A stretch of DNA of 64,000 bases, from the NCBI GenBank assembly GCA_013203185.1, contig JABMOS010000019.1:4405-68404 (forward strand), written 5' to 3'. Position numbers and translations under genes: made by a program. Numbering within the stretch: position 1 is the first letter of the stretch; every line of letters begins with the position of its first letter. The notes beneath the pieces were generated by a model. It was not told the DNA's origin and did not search any database. It worked only from the letters and a program-made list of their open reading frames with translations. Source of the DNA: Fidelibacterota bacterium (GTDB lineage: Bacteria > Fidelibacterota > UBA8477 > JABMPR01). Below, piece after piece: positions 1 to 10,080 of the stretch.

Positions 1-74
1 GGGCTTAGCCCCATAAATTGATTAAAAGTTTGGAGTAGGATTCAAAAGTTTTAATCGTAAAGAAATGGGTTCCC

Positions 75-3000
75 ATGATGAGCAAGCATTTTTTTAGCCA
101 TGTAGCAGTACGTCATATCTGGTTAGTTCCCCTCCTGGTCATTCTGATGGCAGGTAGTCTGTGGAGTGCCGATGGTCTACGAGATATCAGCCACCTGAAG
201 GATCTGGGCGATCTCGATCACGATGGCAACAATGATTTTGGTGCTATTCGAAAGACTGCCAGTAATAGCTCCGAGCTGATCGCATTTGAAATGACACCCG
301 GTGGTAGTTTTGATATTACCTGGCGCTTTGCCCTGCCTGAAAACCTGGTTGGTGAGTGGGCTGATTTCACATTAACAGACTTGAATTTGAATGGCCGCCC
401 TGAATTCGTAGCTATTGCCAAATTAATTTCAGCCTCTGCAGGTAATAGTGCCCCGTGGGTGTACGGTTTTGAATGGTCTGGAAAAGATTTCGACTATGTC
501 CCAACCTTTCAATGGGGCTGGACACCGGATAATGGCCTCTATGCACGACCCACTCAGATTGAAGCAGGTGACGTTGACAATGATGGTCTCACAGAACTCA
601 TATTTTCACTTGGCGCCCCCCAGGCCAACCTTTTAATCGTTGAGTTTAAAGGCGATCTAAGCTCTTCAAATATCCAGATTGAATATGCCGGCTTACCTGA
701 AGAGATGGCACGGGTACCTGCTTCTATTCTTATGGCCATCAATGATATAGATCAGGATAAAAAAGAAGACATCGTCCTCTTTCAAAAACATGGAGACAAG
801 CTGAGTGTATCTGGAATTTTCTCCTCAGGTGAAGACAGCTATGCTACCCGAGATTTGACCGATCTGAAACTTGCAGGAGGAACTGGTGAAAGAGTGTCAG
901 CCACCGGGCTAGCTCTTGGTGACCTGGATGGTTCAGGCTTTGAGAAAATATATCTAGGCAGTTCAAAAGGGAATGTCTATCGATACAGTTCAAGAGATGG
1001 TGGTAAATTGTGGAAATCGTTTTCCAGCCCCATCAACCAACTTTTGTTTTCTGAAATAGATGGCGATGGTTACGCCGAATGCCTGCTTCGAGCTGGCGAT
1101 AGGGTCCACTTTCTAGAGCAGAGCAATCAAGGAGAAGCATTTGAAAACTTTGCACCCCTCTTTGACAAAGAGGTCTATGCTTCAAATGCCCTTCCCTTTC
1201 ATGACGGTCTCCTGCTGGAGAAATCCGGTCCGTATCAATTCATGGCTATTGCCCCCAATGAGGAGTATATCGCCGAAGCAACCATGGAGGCTGAAGAGGT
1301 AATTGAGTCCGCCCCTGTCGTGGAAGCTGAAACAATTGAAATCATGACGACTGAACCTGAACCTGAACCTGAATTTGTTGAGGAAGTTCCAGAAATACGG
1401 AGAAAACCCAAATCACCTGATGTAATTCTTCATGCTAGTGAAAGTTTTGTCCACGGGATTCCGCGCCAGGACGAGATAGATCCGGGCCAGGCATACGTCA
1501 AATTTAAGACCTACCCAGAAGGCATGCGTCTTGGCAAAGATTTTATCCTGAGATGGAGCCCTGGTGAGGACCAACTGGGATATCATCAAATTTCCTATTC
1601 ATTTGGACAGCAATTGGATACAGCCTTTACACTTTACGTAAACCACATCCCTGAAATTTTTTCTACGCCACCTCCACTGGCTCAAACCGGACAACAATAC
1701 CTTTACCAGGTTCAGTTGGAAGATTTAAATGAAGAGCAATATTTTGAATTTGAATTGATCTCTGCCCCTGCAGGTATGCAAGTTGATGAAGAAGGTCTGG
1801 TCCGCTGGCTTCCCAGTGACACTCAACTTGACTCACAGTATGTCACATTGAGTGTAAGTGACGGCTTTGAAAGAGTTCTACAAAAATTTACGCTATATGT
1901 GAATATTCTACCCCTGGTCCTAGAGAAACCTGGTCCTGTAGCTTTCATCAACGAACCCTATATCGGGCAAGTAAATATTCAGGACAAAAACAGTAATAAC
2001 AGTGCCCGACTCATTCCATTGCGGACACCTAAAAGTCTGGTTCTGGAGTCCTCTGGAAGAATCACCTGGACACCGGAATCTCAACAGACTGGCTTCCATG
2101 ATATTCTTTTTGAATTGACTGACGATATGTCCTCAATGCTGGATTCATTCACCATCTTTGTCAATACGCCACCTGTCATTATTTCAAAATATGAAGAGCA
2201 TGTACCAGTGGGTAAACCCTGGAACTACAAGGTCGAGGTTAATGACCCCAACAACAATCAGGATATTAGTTTTCTGTTATCAGAGAGTAGCATACCCAAC
2301 TTGACCATCAGTCGTCGTGGGCAGATTACTTGGACACCCACCGAGGCAGAACTGGGCAAGCAGACATTTACCATATCTGTATCTGATGGTCTGAGAGATG
2401 ATCTTCAAAAGGTGTCAGTCTACGTGAACGGTGCTCCTGTGCTGAGTAGTGTGAGCGACACCCTGGCAACTGTGGCCAGACCCTATACCACCACTCTGCC
2501 CGTTACAGACCTGAATAAGGATCAGCAATTAAATTTTGCATTTTTAACTGCTCCCAAGGGAATGAAAATTTCACCCACAGGTCAGATCACCTGGACCCCA
2601 ACCAAGGCAGAAAAGGGCTGGAATGAAATTTTTGTAAAAGTCTCAGACAAGTACAGTTCAGATACCTATAAATTTGCCGTCTATGCCAATGCACCTCCTG
2701 TGATCGTATCGAAAGCTGATACAATGGCTATCGCCGGCCAGGAGTACGTTTATAATATTAAGGCACTGGATTTAAATACAGACCAGCAACTGGTTTATAA
2801 GGTTTACGATGCACCAAAAGGTGTTCAACTCGTCGATGGTTCAGTCATTAAGTGGACGCCAGGAATTGACCAGATAAACCAGGCTCAATTTAAGGTAAGC
2901 GTTACTGACGGGTACATCACAAATGTGCAGAATGTGCAACTTTTTGTCAATGCATTGCCTGAAGTTACTTCAACGCCCTCACCGGTGGTTCTCATGGATC

Positions 3001-3308
3001 GTGAATATCGCTACCAAATTTCTTCAAGGGACCTCAATGAGGATGGTATTAGCTACACCAAGATCCTTTTGCCGAATGGTGCCGAGATGAATGAGGCAGA
3101 AGGTCTCATTACCTGGGTACCCGATGGTTCCAACGATGGCGCCAATAAGTTTATCATAGAAGTGACTGACTCGCGGGGCTCCTCAAGCTTTCATGAATTT
3201 GAAGTGAATGTTTTTCAGGATCCCAAAGCACCTATTCGACAGATGGGAGCCTTTCTGATTACACTGGCTGGAATCGGAGCTATGTTCATAATGAAATTCC
3301 TGTACTAA
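75..3308 (+). CDS. Large surface protein: N-terminal FG-GAP/VCBS-like repeats, seven He_PIG/cadherin-like Ig repeats, C-terminal membrane anchor
   Basis: Signal peptide (IWLVPLLVILMAGSLWSADG). Five Ca-loop-like DxDxDG motifs (DLDHDGNNDF, GDVDNDGLTELIF, NDIDQDKKEDIVL, GDLDGSGFEKIYL, SEIDGDGYAECLL). Acidic EPEPEPE linker. Seven ~95-aa repeats with (I/V)(T/R/K)W(T/L/V)P...(V)SDG...(Y/F)VN.PP. Extreme C-terminal hydrophobic helix GAFLITLAGIGAMFIMKFLY. Confidence 0.7.
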   Translation: MMSKHFFSHVAVRHIWLVPLLVILMAGSLWSADGLRDISHLKDLGDLDHDGNNDFGAIRKTASNSSELIAFEMTPGGSFDITWRFALPENLVGEWADFTLTDLNLNGRPEFVAIAKLISASAGNSAPWVYGFEWSGKDFDYVPTFQWGWTPDNGLYARPTQIEAGDVDNDGLTELIFSLGAPQANLLIVEFKGDLSSSNIQIEYAGLPEEMARVPASILMAINDIDQDKKEDIVLFQKHGDKLSVSGIFSSGEDSYATRDLTDLKLAGGTGERVSATGLALGDLDGSGFEKIYLGSSKGNVYRYSSRDGGKLWKSFSSPINQLLFSEIDGDGYAECLLRAGDRVHFLEQSNQGEAFENFAPLFDKEVYASNALPFHDGLLLEKSGPYQFMAIAPNEEYIAEATMEAEEVIESAPVVEAETIEIMTTEPEPEPEFVEEVPEIRRKPKSPDVILHASESFVHGIPRQDEIDPGQAYVKFKTYPEGMRLGKDFILRWSPGEDQLGYHQISYSFGQQLDTAFTLYVNHIPEIFSTPPPLAQTGQQYLYQVQLEDLNEEQYFEFELISAPAGMQVDEEGLVRWLPSDTQLDSQYVTLSVSDGFERVLQKFTLYVNILPLVLEKPGPVAFINEPYIGQVNIQDKNSNNSARLIPLRTPKSLVLESSGRITWTPESQQTGFHDILFELTDDMSSMLDSFTIFVNTPPVIISKYEEHVPVGKPWNYKVEVNDPNNNQDISFLLSESSIPNLTISRRGQITWTPTEAELGKQTFTISVSDGLRDDLQKVSVYVNGAPVLSSVSDTLATVARPYTTTLPVTDLNKDQQLNFAFLTAPKGMKISPTGQITWTPTKAEKGWNEIFVKVSDKYSSDTYKFAVYANAPPVIVSKADTMAIAGQEYVYNIKALDLNTDQQLVYKVYDAPKGVQLVDGSVIKWTPGIDQINQAQFKVSVTDGYITNVQNVQLFVNALPEVTSTPSPVVLMDREYRYQISSRDLNEDGISYTKILLPNGAEMNEAEGLITWVPDGSNDGANKFIIEVTDSRGSSSFHEFEVNVFQDPKAPIRQMGAFLITLAGIGAMFIMKFLY

Positions 3309-3327
3309 TCCTACTTCCAAACAGGAT

Positions 3328-3358
3328 AAAAAACCCATCGATCTCCGATGGGTTTTTT
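3328..3358. terminator. Bidirectional rho-independent terminator between convergent genes
   Basis: AAAAACCCATCG-atctc-CGATGGGTTTTTTT: perfect GC-containing stem flanked by an A-run and a T-run. Confidence 0.8.
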
Positions 3359-3386
3359 TATATCTAAAATTGTAAGTTGGTGTTCT

Positions 3387-4979
3387 TTACCGCAGTATTG
3401 AATTTACCATGAGAACCAGATCCTGAACAGTGACATAGGAGTCATAGTTCAAGTCTCCAGAAATGATGAGCTCTGGAGTTGATTCAATATTCCCCAGAAT
3501 CAAATTTACCATGATTACCACATCTTGAACATTGACGCTAAAGTCCTGATTCATATCGCCAGAGCCAGAAGGCCAGATTGAAGCCGCTAATACGGCATGG
3601 TGGAGGTTCAGCCTGCCGCCTGAGACCGTAATGCCCTCTAAGGAGGCTAGGGGATCAACAGAGGATAGTAGCAATGTCTTAAAGACTTCAGATGCAAGCG
3701 CAGGGCTGTCTTCATAATACTGGGCAAGTTCCTGACTGGCAGCAGCGTGCATAAGTGCTACAGCACCTGTCACGTGGGGCGTGGACATGGAGGTTCCATA
3801 TTTCGTAGAGGTGGACCCATTATAATTTGTGGATAAAACGCCGTATCCTGGGGCAGCTAAATCAATGCTAACTGCTCCATATCCAGCACTATTTACTTTT
3901 TCATCATCTTTGTTGGAATTGGTTACAGTAATCAGATAGGGGCTGGAACAGCTTGTTGGCAAGTCACCTAATACATCGACATCAACATTGGTGTTTGCCG
4001 TGGATGCGATGGACAGAATACCTGCTTCTCCCATAGTATTGTACATGTCGTTCCACACTGGGTATTCCAGTGAATCACAAGAAACATAATTGGCACCGAA
4101 GCTTGAATTCGCTGTGACAACAAAAGCGCCCTCTAAGCCGCCGGAATTCAACCAGGCCTGTTTTTGTTCGAGTACGTAGCTATATGCCTCCATGGCTATG
4201 GCAGTGGTGGTACTGGCTCCAGCTACAATCATGAGTTGTATATCCCAATTGATACCAGCTACCTGATTAGCGTTATTAGTCTGAGCACCTACCGTACCGG
4301 AAACATGGCTACCATGGCTTGCATCTAGATTTGTCTGAGGGATAGTTCCATTGTGACCATAGGCATTCCATCCCAGCGAATCGTCAACCCAACCATTTTC
4401 ATCATCATCAATCCCATTGCCTAAAGTATCCAATGGATTTGACCAGAGATTGGCCTGGAGATCAGGATGGTCAAGATCACACCCCCCATCAACAATTGCG
4501 GCAACAATATTTCTGCCCAGAACAGTTTGCCCCCCTGTGGTAATTTCCCAGGCTTCCGGTGCATCAATATCAGCGTCTTCGGTTCCAGAAGGATTACCAT
4601 TGGCATCAAAACCTGTATTATGAAAATTCCATTGAGATGTGTACAAGGGATCGTCTGGTGTGTTGCGTAAACTTAAAAAGTGATTGTTCTGAGCATATTT
4701 GATCTCAGGTACATCCTCAATACGACGCCTGGCCTTACCGAGCTGATTTTTGTTCAAGTCAACTTTCAGCAACCACAGATTCAGGGGCCGACTAACCTGT
4801 CTCACAATCTCAAGATTGCCATCCATGAGAATAATTTCAATATCCGCCTGTGTTAATCCCTCGTCAAAGCGGACCAGAAGTTCATCTTCTACAAATCCAG
4901 CAGGGCCACCATAAACAAGATTTACAATGAGAAGTGAGAATAATATGGTTTTTCGTATATATGTCATAACAAACTTCAT
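3387..4979 (-). CDS. Secreted S8 subtilisin-family serine protease with C-terminal dockerin-like double repeat
   Basis: Catalytic triad motifs AIVDGGCDLDHPDL (Asp), HGSHVSGTVGA (His), GTSMSTPHVTGAVAL (Ser). N-terminal signal and inhibitor-I9-like propeptide. C-terminal DMNQDFSVNVQDVVIMVNLILG and GDLNYDSYVTVQDLVLMVNSIL resemble type I dockerin Ca-binding repeats. Confidence 0.85.
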   Translation of the reverse strand: MKFVMTYIRKTILFSLLIVNLVYGGPAGFVEDELLVRFDEGLTQADIEIILMDGNLEIVRQVSRPLNLWLLKVDLNKNQLGKARRRIEDVPEIKYAQNNHFLSLRNTPDDPLYTSQWNFHNTGFDANGNPSGTEDADIDAPEAWEITTGGQTVLGRNIVAAIVDGGCDLDHPDLQANLWSNPLDTLGNGIDDDENGWVDDSLGWNAYGHNGTIPQTNLDASHGSHVSGTVGAQTNNANQVAGINWDIQLMIVAGASTTTAIAMEAYSYVLEQKQAWLNSGGLEGAFVVTANSSFGANYVSCDSLEYPVWNDMYNTMGEAGILSIASTANTNVDVDVLGDLPTSCSSPYLITVTNSNKDDEKVNSAGYGAVSIDLAAPGYGVLSTNYNGSTSTKYGTSMSTPHVTGAVALMHAAASQELAQYYEDSPALASEVFKTLLLSSVDPLASLEGITVSGGRLNLHHAVLAASIWPSGSGDMNQDFSVNVQDVVIMVNLILGNIESTPELIISGDLNYDSYVTVQDLVLMVNSILR

Positions 4980-5197
4980 TTCACTAAGCTAACCCCCAAA
5001 ATCCTTCCGGCAGGTGACCCACCACACAATCAGATTTTGCTTAGATGAGTAGTATAATCATGATTGTCGGAAAAAAGTGGTCTTTTTTTGATTGCTCTTG
5101 GTAACGGATGGAGCTTAAAAAGCTATCAATTAATTGAGGAGCCTTCCACGATAGAGGGCCAAAATGGCGAGCTATTTTTTAAGGTCTAGAAAATAAA

Positions 5198-6115
5198 TTA
5201 AAGATGATACCCAATGGATATCTGACTGATCCATCCAGCAGCGCCAAAACTCTGTGTCGCAGACTCAATGAGCATTCCCTGCCACTCAATTGCAAAACCG
5301 CCTGATGCCCCAGCGATAAAGTCAGATTCTGTGACACCGGTTTGAAGATCAAATCGATTGGAGTTCATACCTAGCCTTACCCTGAAATTTGGGTGAATCA
5401 ATATCTCAGCTCCCAGGGCGAGACTGATTTGTTCATTGAATCCGTATATCCCCTCCAGGTTGAGTCTCAGAGGTAAATGTGAGAGAATCTTAGACGTGCC
5501 AATATGCAATTGCGTCGGGAAATCCTCTTCGCTCTCACCTAGTGAAACAGAGGCCAGGTGGACGCCTACAGTGAGAGAATCCTCTTGATCATGATAAACC
5601 CCACCAAGATCATAATAAAACTCGCCACCAGTATTGCCATCAGCCAGCCTTGTAAATCGGCCAACGCGGCCGCCCAAGCGGACTCCTTCAGAGAACGTAA
5701 AGGCGTAGCCCAGAGCAGCAGCAAGCTCATGGTATCCAAAGGTGCCCTGATTATTACCCACAACATCAGTTTTGTCAAATATTCCATAATCAAAGTAGAT
5801 CAGTTCCGCGGAGATGCGGTGTCTCTCCATGGGTAGCACGCCACCTGCGGCGAACCCCTGAATCCCGACAAGATGATTCACAAAACCTATTTGACCCTGG
5901 AGTCCTTCAACAAAACTTGCGCTGGCAGGATTCCCCTGGATGTCAATATTTCCTGAGGCATCCACGGCTCGACTCCCACCCATGGCAGCTGAACGATTGC
6001 TGAAGGGGTAGGTCAATAGCTGGTGAGAGGGTGTTTCTCCAAGAGCTACACTGGCAAGCAATAATAAACTCAATGTGGATTTAGTGATAAGTAAGTTCAT
6101 GACCCTGTAATACAT
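5198..6115 (-). CDS. Outer-membrane beta-barrel, PorQ/PorV-like (T9SS-associated)
   Basis: Signal peptide. N-terminal LLTYPFSNRSAAMGGS...GNPAS...YFDYGIF pattern resembles the PorQ family signature (LP.SAR..ALGG ... NPS ... Y.NYG.F). Alternating beta-strand pattern; C-terminal aromatic (GYHL). Alternative start at 6100. Confidence 0.5.
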   Translation of the reverse strand: MYYRVMNLLITKSTLSLLLLASVALGETPSHQLLTYPFSNRSAAMGGSRAVDASGNIDIQGNPASASFVEGLQGQIGFVNHLVGIQGFAAGGVLPMERHRISAELIYFDYGIFDKTDVVGNNQGTFGYHELAAALGYAFTFSEGVRLGGRVGRFTRLADGNTGGEFYYDLGGVYHDQEDSLTVGVHLASVSLGESEEDFPTQLHIGTSKILSHLPLRLNLEGIYGFNEQISLALGAEILIHPNFRVRLGMNSNRFDLQTGVTESDFIAGASGGFAIEWQGMLIESATQSFGAAGWISQISIGYHL

Positions 6116-6257
6116 GCCTTAAAATGAATTTTGTTTCCAGATAAACACGACTTTTTTATTCATTTGTACTGTTTTGAAAAATAGAAATCCTTGTTGGAGA
6201 GTATTGCTGGACTAAAATATACGCTTCAGCCAGGAATATTTTTGTTGAGGGGAATCC

Positions 6258-8201
6258 ATGAATCGTCGCATCTCGCTGTGCCTTATATTGTTTACATCAC
6301 TCATTTACACCATTATATCTTGTGCTCCAGCTTCACTCTTTTCAGATTACTGGGACAAAATTGAACCACCAGAATTTGAACGAACCACATCCCCCGATGA
6401 AGACAGCCCAGATGCTGTGATAGTCTTTGATCTTGAAAGAATGCTTGTTGATCTACACGAGTGGGATATCGTCAGAGAACGCCATGTCCGCATCCAGATA
6501 TTTACTGAGGCAGGGAAAGAATGGGCCGATGTGAGAATTCCATTCTGGCACGACCATATAGTTTCTGAAATTAAAGCCCAAACAATTCTACCTGACGGTC
6601 GTCGAATAAAATTGGAGCAGGATGATATTTTTGAGGAAGGCACAGAAAAGAAATTGAGATATAAGGTCTTTGCACTACCGGGAGTAGAAGACCAATGCAT
6701 TATCGAGTATCAATATAAATATCGTACTACCTCCCTTGGTGTTGTACAACCAAAATACTTTCAAGACTACTTGCGAACAGAATACTCCAAATTCTCCATG
6801 ACCCTCCCTCAGGGATTTGAATACAATGCCACAACCAGAAACCTTCCTCGTGATTATTCTCAACCTGAAGAGATAGAATATGATTCGCCCTATGCAAAAA
6901 ACCTGCGGCGCTTTACCTGGGAATTTTATGATCTTGCCCCCATCAAAGATGAACCCTATATGTATAATAGAGAGGATCACCTCTTCTCCATCAACATGCA
7001 ACTGGTACGTTTTGTAAATCAATACAATGATATCACATTTATTGAGGAGTGGGAGGATCTGAACAAGATTGTTCTTGAAGAATATGACTCCTACTTCAGA
7101 AACTCAGGTCCCCTTGAGAAACTTCTGACAGAAATTAAGCCCCTGGATCCTGCACAAGGTATTCAACCCCGCGATGTTTTTCTGTTTGTTCGAGACGAAT
7201 TGACCAGATCATCATCATACAGTATCTGGCCAGATCCCATGCATGATGTTATCAAGCACCGGCAAGGATCACGCGTGGAAAAGAATTTGCTTCTCACGGC
7301 CCTCCTTCGTCAAGCTGGCTTTCAGGCTGATCCAGTCCTCATTGCACGTCGCAGTTATGGAAAGCTTAGTCTTTCCAGTCCAAACTTAAACAATTTTAAC
7401 CATGTCATCGTACGTCTTACAGAGGGCGAAAAACTTTCTCTTCTGGACGCAGGATTCCCGTATTCTACATATACACTTATGCCTTCTGATAACTACAGTG
7501 GTGTTGGACTTCTTGTGGCTGAGGGCGATGCCATGTTTATTCAATTCCCCACTGCAACCCAACCTAGCAAAAGGGACGTACTCACCAGCTGTAAACTGCA
7601 TGACTCTGGAAGTTTAACAGGAAGTTTTCAAATTAAATCCACTGGATTCTACGCCTCAAGACTTCGGGCTATTTATGCTGAAATAGAGGATGCTGAAAAA
7701 TTTGCCTATGATGAACTTGTAGATCACATTCCTGGTATTATCGTGGACAGTGTACACCTTGAGTTGAATTTGGAAGATATGCAAAAGTCGGTATTATCAA
7801 CCGTCCACTTTCAGATACCGGAATATTTTACCCCTGGTACGGACATGATCTATCTACCCACCACCTTTTTTCAGGGATTTCAGACCAATGAACTGGTGAG
7901 TGAGGATCGAACACATGCAATCGAGTTTAACTTCGCGATGAGGCTTCAAGAAATTGTTAACCTGGAATTGCCTCCTGGGTACGAGGTCATGGAAGCACCC
8001 AAACCTTCCAGCATTTCTGGTCCAGGAATCTTCTTTCAGAAGCAGGTTAAATCAACTGGAAAGATGGTACAATTCATCTGGAAACATCAGCTGGTGGAGA
8101 TTTTACAGCCTGCTGAAAAATACAAACAAATCCGACACTTCTATACTGAAGCTGTGGCAGCTGATCAAGGCGTGCTGGTGATAAAACGTAAGGATTCTTA
8201 G
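6258..8201 (+). CDS. DUF3857/transglutaminase-like lipoprotein, catalytic Cys replaced (pseudo-enzyme paralogue A)
   Basis: Lipoprotein-type signal (LIYTIISC). Domain order is as in DUF3857-transglutaminase core-DUF3858 proteins. The core region reads HRQGSRVEKNLLLTALLRQAGFQADPVLIARR...FNHVIVRL...LLDAG, so His and Asp are retained but Arg sits where the nucleophile Cys should be. Exactly 647 aa, the same length as the gene at 10081. Confidence 0.65.
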   Translation: MNRRISLCLILFTSLIYTIISCAPASLFSDYWDKIEPPEFERTTSPDEDSPDAVIVFDLERMLVDLHEWDIVRERHVRIQIFTEAGKEWADVRIPFWHDHIVSEIKAQTILPDGRRIKLEQDDIFEEGTEKKLRYKVFALPGVEDQCIIEYQYKYRTTSLGVVQPKYFQDYLRTEYSKFSMTLPQGFEYNATTRNLPRDYSQPEEIEYDSPYAKNLRRFTWEFYDLAPIKDEPYMYNREDHLFSINMQLVRFVNQYNDITFIEEWEDLNKIVLEEYDSYFRNSGPLEKLLTEIKPLDPAQGIQPRDVFLFVRDELTRSSSYSIWPDPMHDVIKHRQGSRVEKNLLLTALLRQAGFQADPVLIARRSYGKLSLSSPNLNNFNHVIVRLTEGEKLSLLDAGFPYSTYTLMPSDNYSGVGLLVAEGDAMFIQFPTATQPSKRDVLTSCKLHDSGSLTGSFQIKSTGFYASRLRAIYAEIEDAEKFAYDELVDHIPGIIVDSVHLELNLEDMQKSVLSTVHFQIPEYFTPGTDMIYLPTTFFQGFQTNELVSEDRTHAIEFNFAMRLQEIVNLELPPGYEVMEAPKPSSISGPGIFFQKQVKSTGKMVQFIWKHQLVEILQPAEKYKQIRHFYTEAVAADQGVLVIKRKDS

Positions 8202-8202
8202 C

Positions 8203-10038
8203 ATGACTTTACGCTTCGCCATAACTCTTATACTATTTTCTTCCTTTAGTATGGGAGGTGACCAGAGCATGGTCCTTGAGTCGCGGGAGACCCTGAAAAT
8301 CAAGTCAATTTCTCAAGCAGAGTATACTGTATACAAAAAAATTGTCATTCACGATGAAAAGGGGAAAGGCCTAGCGTCTGTGAGTATCGGGAGCAGCGAC
8401 TATGTTGAACTCAAAGCTGTAAAAGCCACTGTGTTTAATGAAAAGGGGAAACGCCAGGGCCGTTACAAGAAAAAACACTTCACCAAACATAAATCCAGCA
8501 TTTATGGGATTATTGGCAATGATGATGTAACGTATGAGATAAATCTTGCTGCGGTAACCACCCTACCATTTACAGTAGAGCTCGAATACACCCAGATCAT
8601 CAAAAGTCTCTTCTTTTGGCCTACCTGGAGCCCTCAGGATATTATTCCAGTACTCAGTGCCAGCTATACACTTGAAGTCCCACCTGGATATGAATTCAAC
8701 AGCTTCAGCCCCTCAGAGCTCTCCAGTACCAACCCAGCAAAGAACACCTATGTGTGGAGTCAAGTTGCCATCCCAGCCTGGCCAGATGAAATTGCAGTTC
8801 CTCCTGAAGTGTATGATAGGCACCGTGTGTTTTTTGCTCCTGATACCTTCAAATTGGACCAATACTCTGGATCTATGTCGACCTGGCAGGGGGTCGCAGA
8901 TTTCTATGAGTCCCTGGCTCAGACTCAATACGAATTGGATCCTGAATTGGTCAGTGACTTAGATTTAAAAACAGCTACAAGTCTGCAAGATAGTATATCT
9001 CAGATTTATGATTACGTCCAAAACACGACACGCTATGTGGGCATGGAATTAGGGATTCACGGTTGGAAACCACATAGCAGCCAATGGGTTTGTGAGAATA
9101 AATATGGTGACTGTAAAGATCTGGCCACCTTCTTTATTTCTCTTTTGAAGATGCATCAAATAGAGGCATACCCTGTCCTGATTCGTACTAGAAGCCATGG
9201 TGTCATCTATCCTGAGTTTCCCAACAGTCGTTTCAACCATGCTATCGCCTGTGTACCGATGGTAGATGACACCCTGTGGGTTGACTGTACTTCGGATGAA
9301 GCCACAGTGAATATGCTACCACGGAATGACCAGGGCTGTAATGTCGTATTGATTAATTCAAACAAGTCGCAACTGATTCAAACCCCTATACTTTCACCAG
9401 AATCAAATCAAATCAAATTCGAGGGGTTGGTAACATTTGAATCAAATGGATCAGCATCTCTTGAAGGAACCATCGAGTTCAGTGGGGTCAAAGCCAGCGA
9501 GACTCGATCGGGCATGAAACGTAGCACACTGGAAGAACGGCGAGAGTCCGTGATTGCCATGTTCCGTGAATCCGCTCCTGGTTTGGAACTGGGAGATTTT
9601 GAGGTTATCAATCTTGATAATAAGGACTTGCCCCTCATTGTCACATTGGTGGGAAATATCCCTCGCTTTGGCGGAAAAACAGGCAAGCGATACTTCGTGA
9701 ATGCCTCACTTCCTGGGGGAATTGGCTGGAGCGGGGAACACCCCTCACGTCGGACCATGCCCTATAATGCTGGGTTACCCTCGCTATACTCCTCCCATGT
9801 TATCCTCAACTTCAGTGATGAAATGACCATTGAATCACTACCCAGGGATATTCTATTGGAGACTGCTTTCGGTACATACAACCAGGAATATTCAGAAAAC
9901 TCTGGAACACTGGAAATGAACTTCCAGTTTAGAGATGTTCAAGCGGATATTCCATACGAACATTATACCGACTATTACCAATTTCGACAGTCCGTTAAAA
10001 AAGCAGGCTCAGCACAGATTGTTTTCCTCAAGAACTGA
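8203..10038 (+). CDS. DUF3857/transglutaminase-like protein with intact Cys-His-Asp core
   Basis: Signal peptide. Core NKYGDCKDLATFFISLLKMHQIEAYPVLIRTRS...FNHAIACVPM...LWVDCTSDEA matches the transglutaminase-like cysteine protease core (G.C.D, H, D). Starts 1 nt after the stop of the upstream paralogue. Confidence 0.7.
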   Translation: MTLRFAITLILFSSFSMGGDQSMVLESRETLKIKSISQAEYTVYKKIVIHDEKGKGLASVSIGSSDYVELKAVKATVFNEKGKRQGRYKKKHFTKHKSSIYGIIGNDDVTYEINLAAVTTLPFTVELEYTQIIKSLFFWPTWSPQDIIPVLSASYTLEVPPGYEFNSFSPSELSSTNPAKNTYVWSQVAIPAWPDEIAVPPEVYDRHRVFFAPDTFKLDQYSGSMSTWQGVADFYESLAQTQYELDPELVSDLDLKTATSLQDSISQIYDYVQNTTRYVGMELGIHGWKPHSSQWVCENKYGDCKDLATFFISLLKMHQIEAYPVLIRTRSHGVIYPEFPNSRFNHAIACVPMVDDTLWVDCTSDEATVNMLPRNDQGCNVVLINSNKSQLIQTPILSPESNQIKFEGLVTFESNGSASLEGTIEFSGVKASETRSGMKRSTLEERRESVIAMFRESAPGLELGDFEVINLDNKDLPLIVTLVGNIPRFGGKTGKRYFVNASLPGGIGWSGEHPSRRTMPYNAGLPSLYSSHVILNFSDEMTIESLPRDILLETAFGTYNQEYSENSGTLEMNFQFRDVQADIPYEHYTDYYQFRQSVKKAGSAQIVFLKN

Positions 10039-10080
10039 GCCCCTAAATCCATACCCACTTCCCACCCCAATTGAGGTAAT

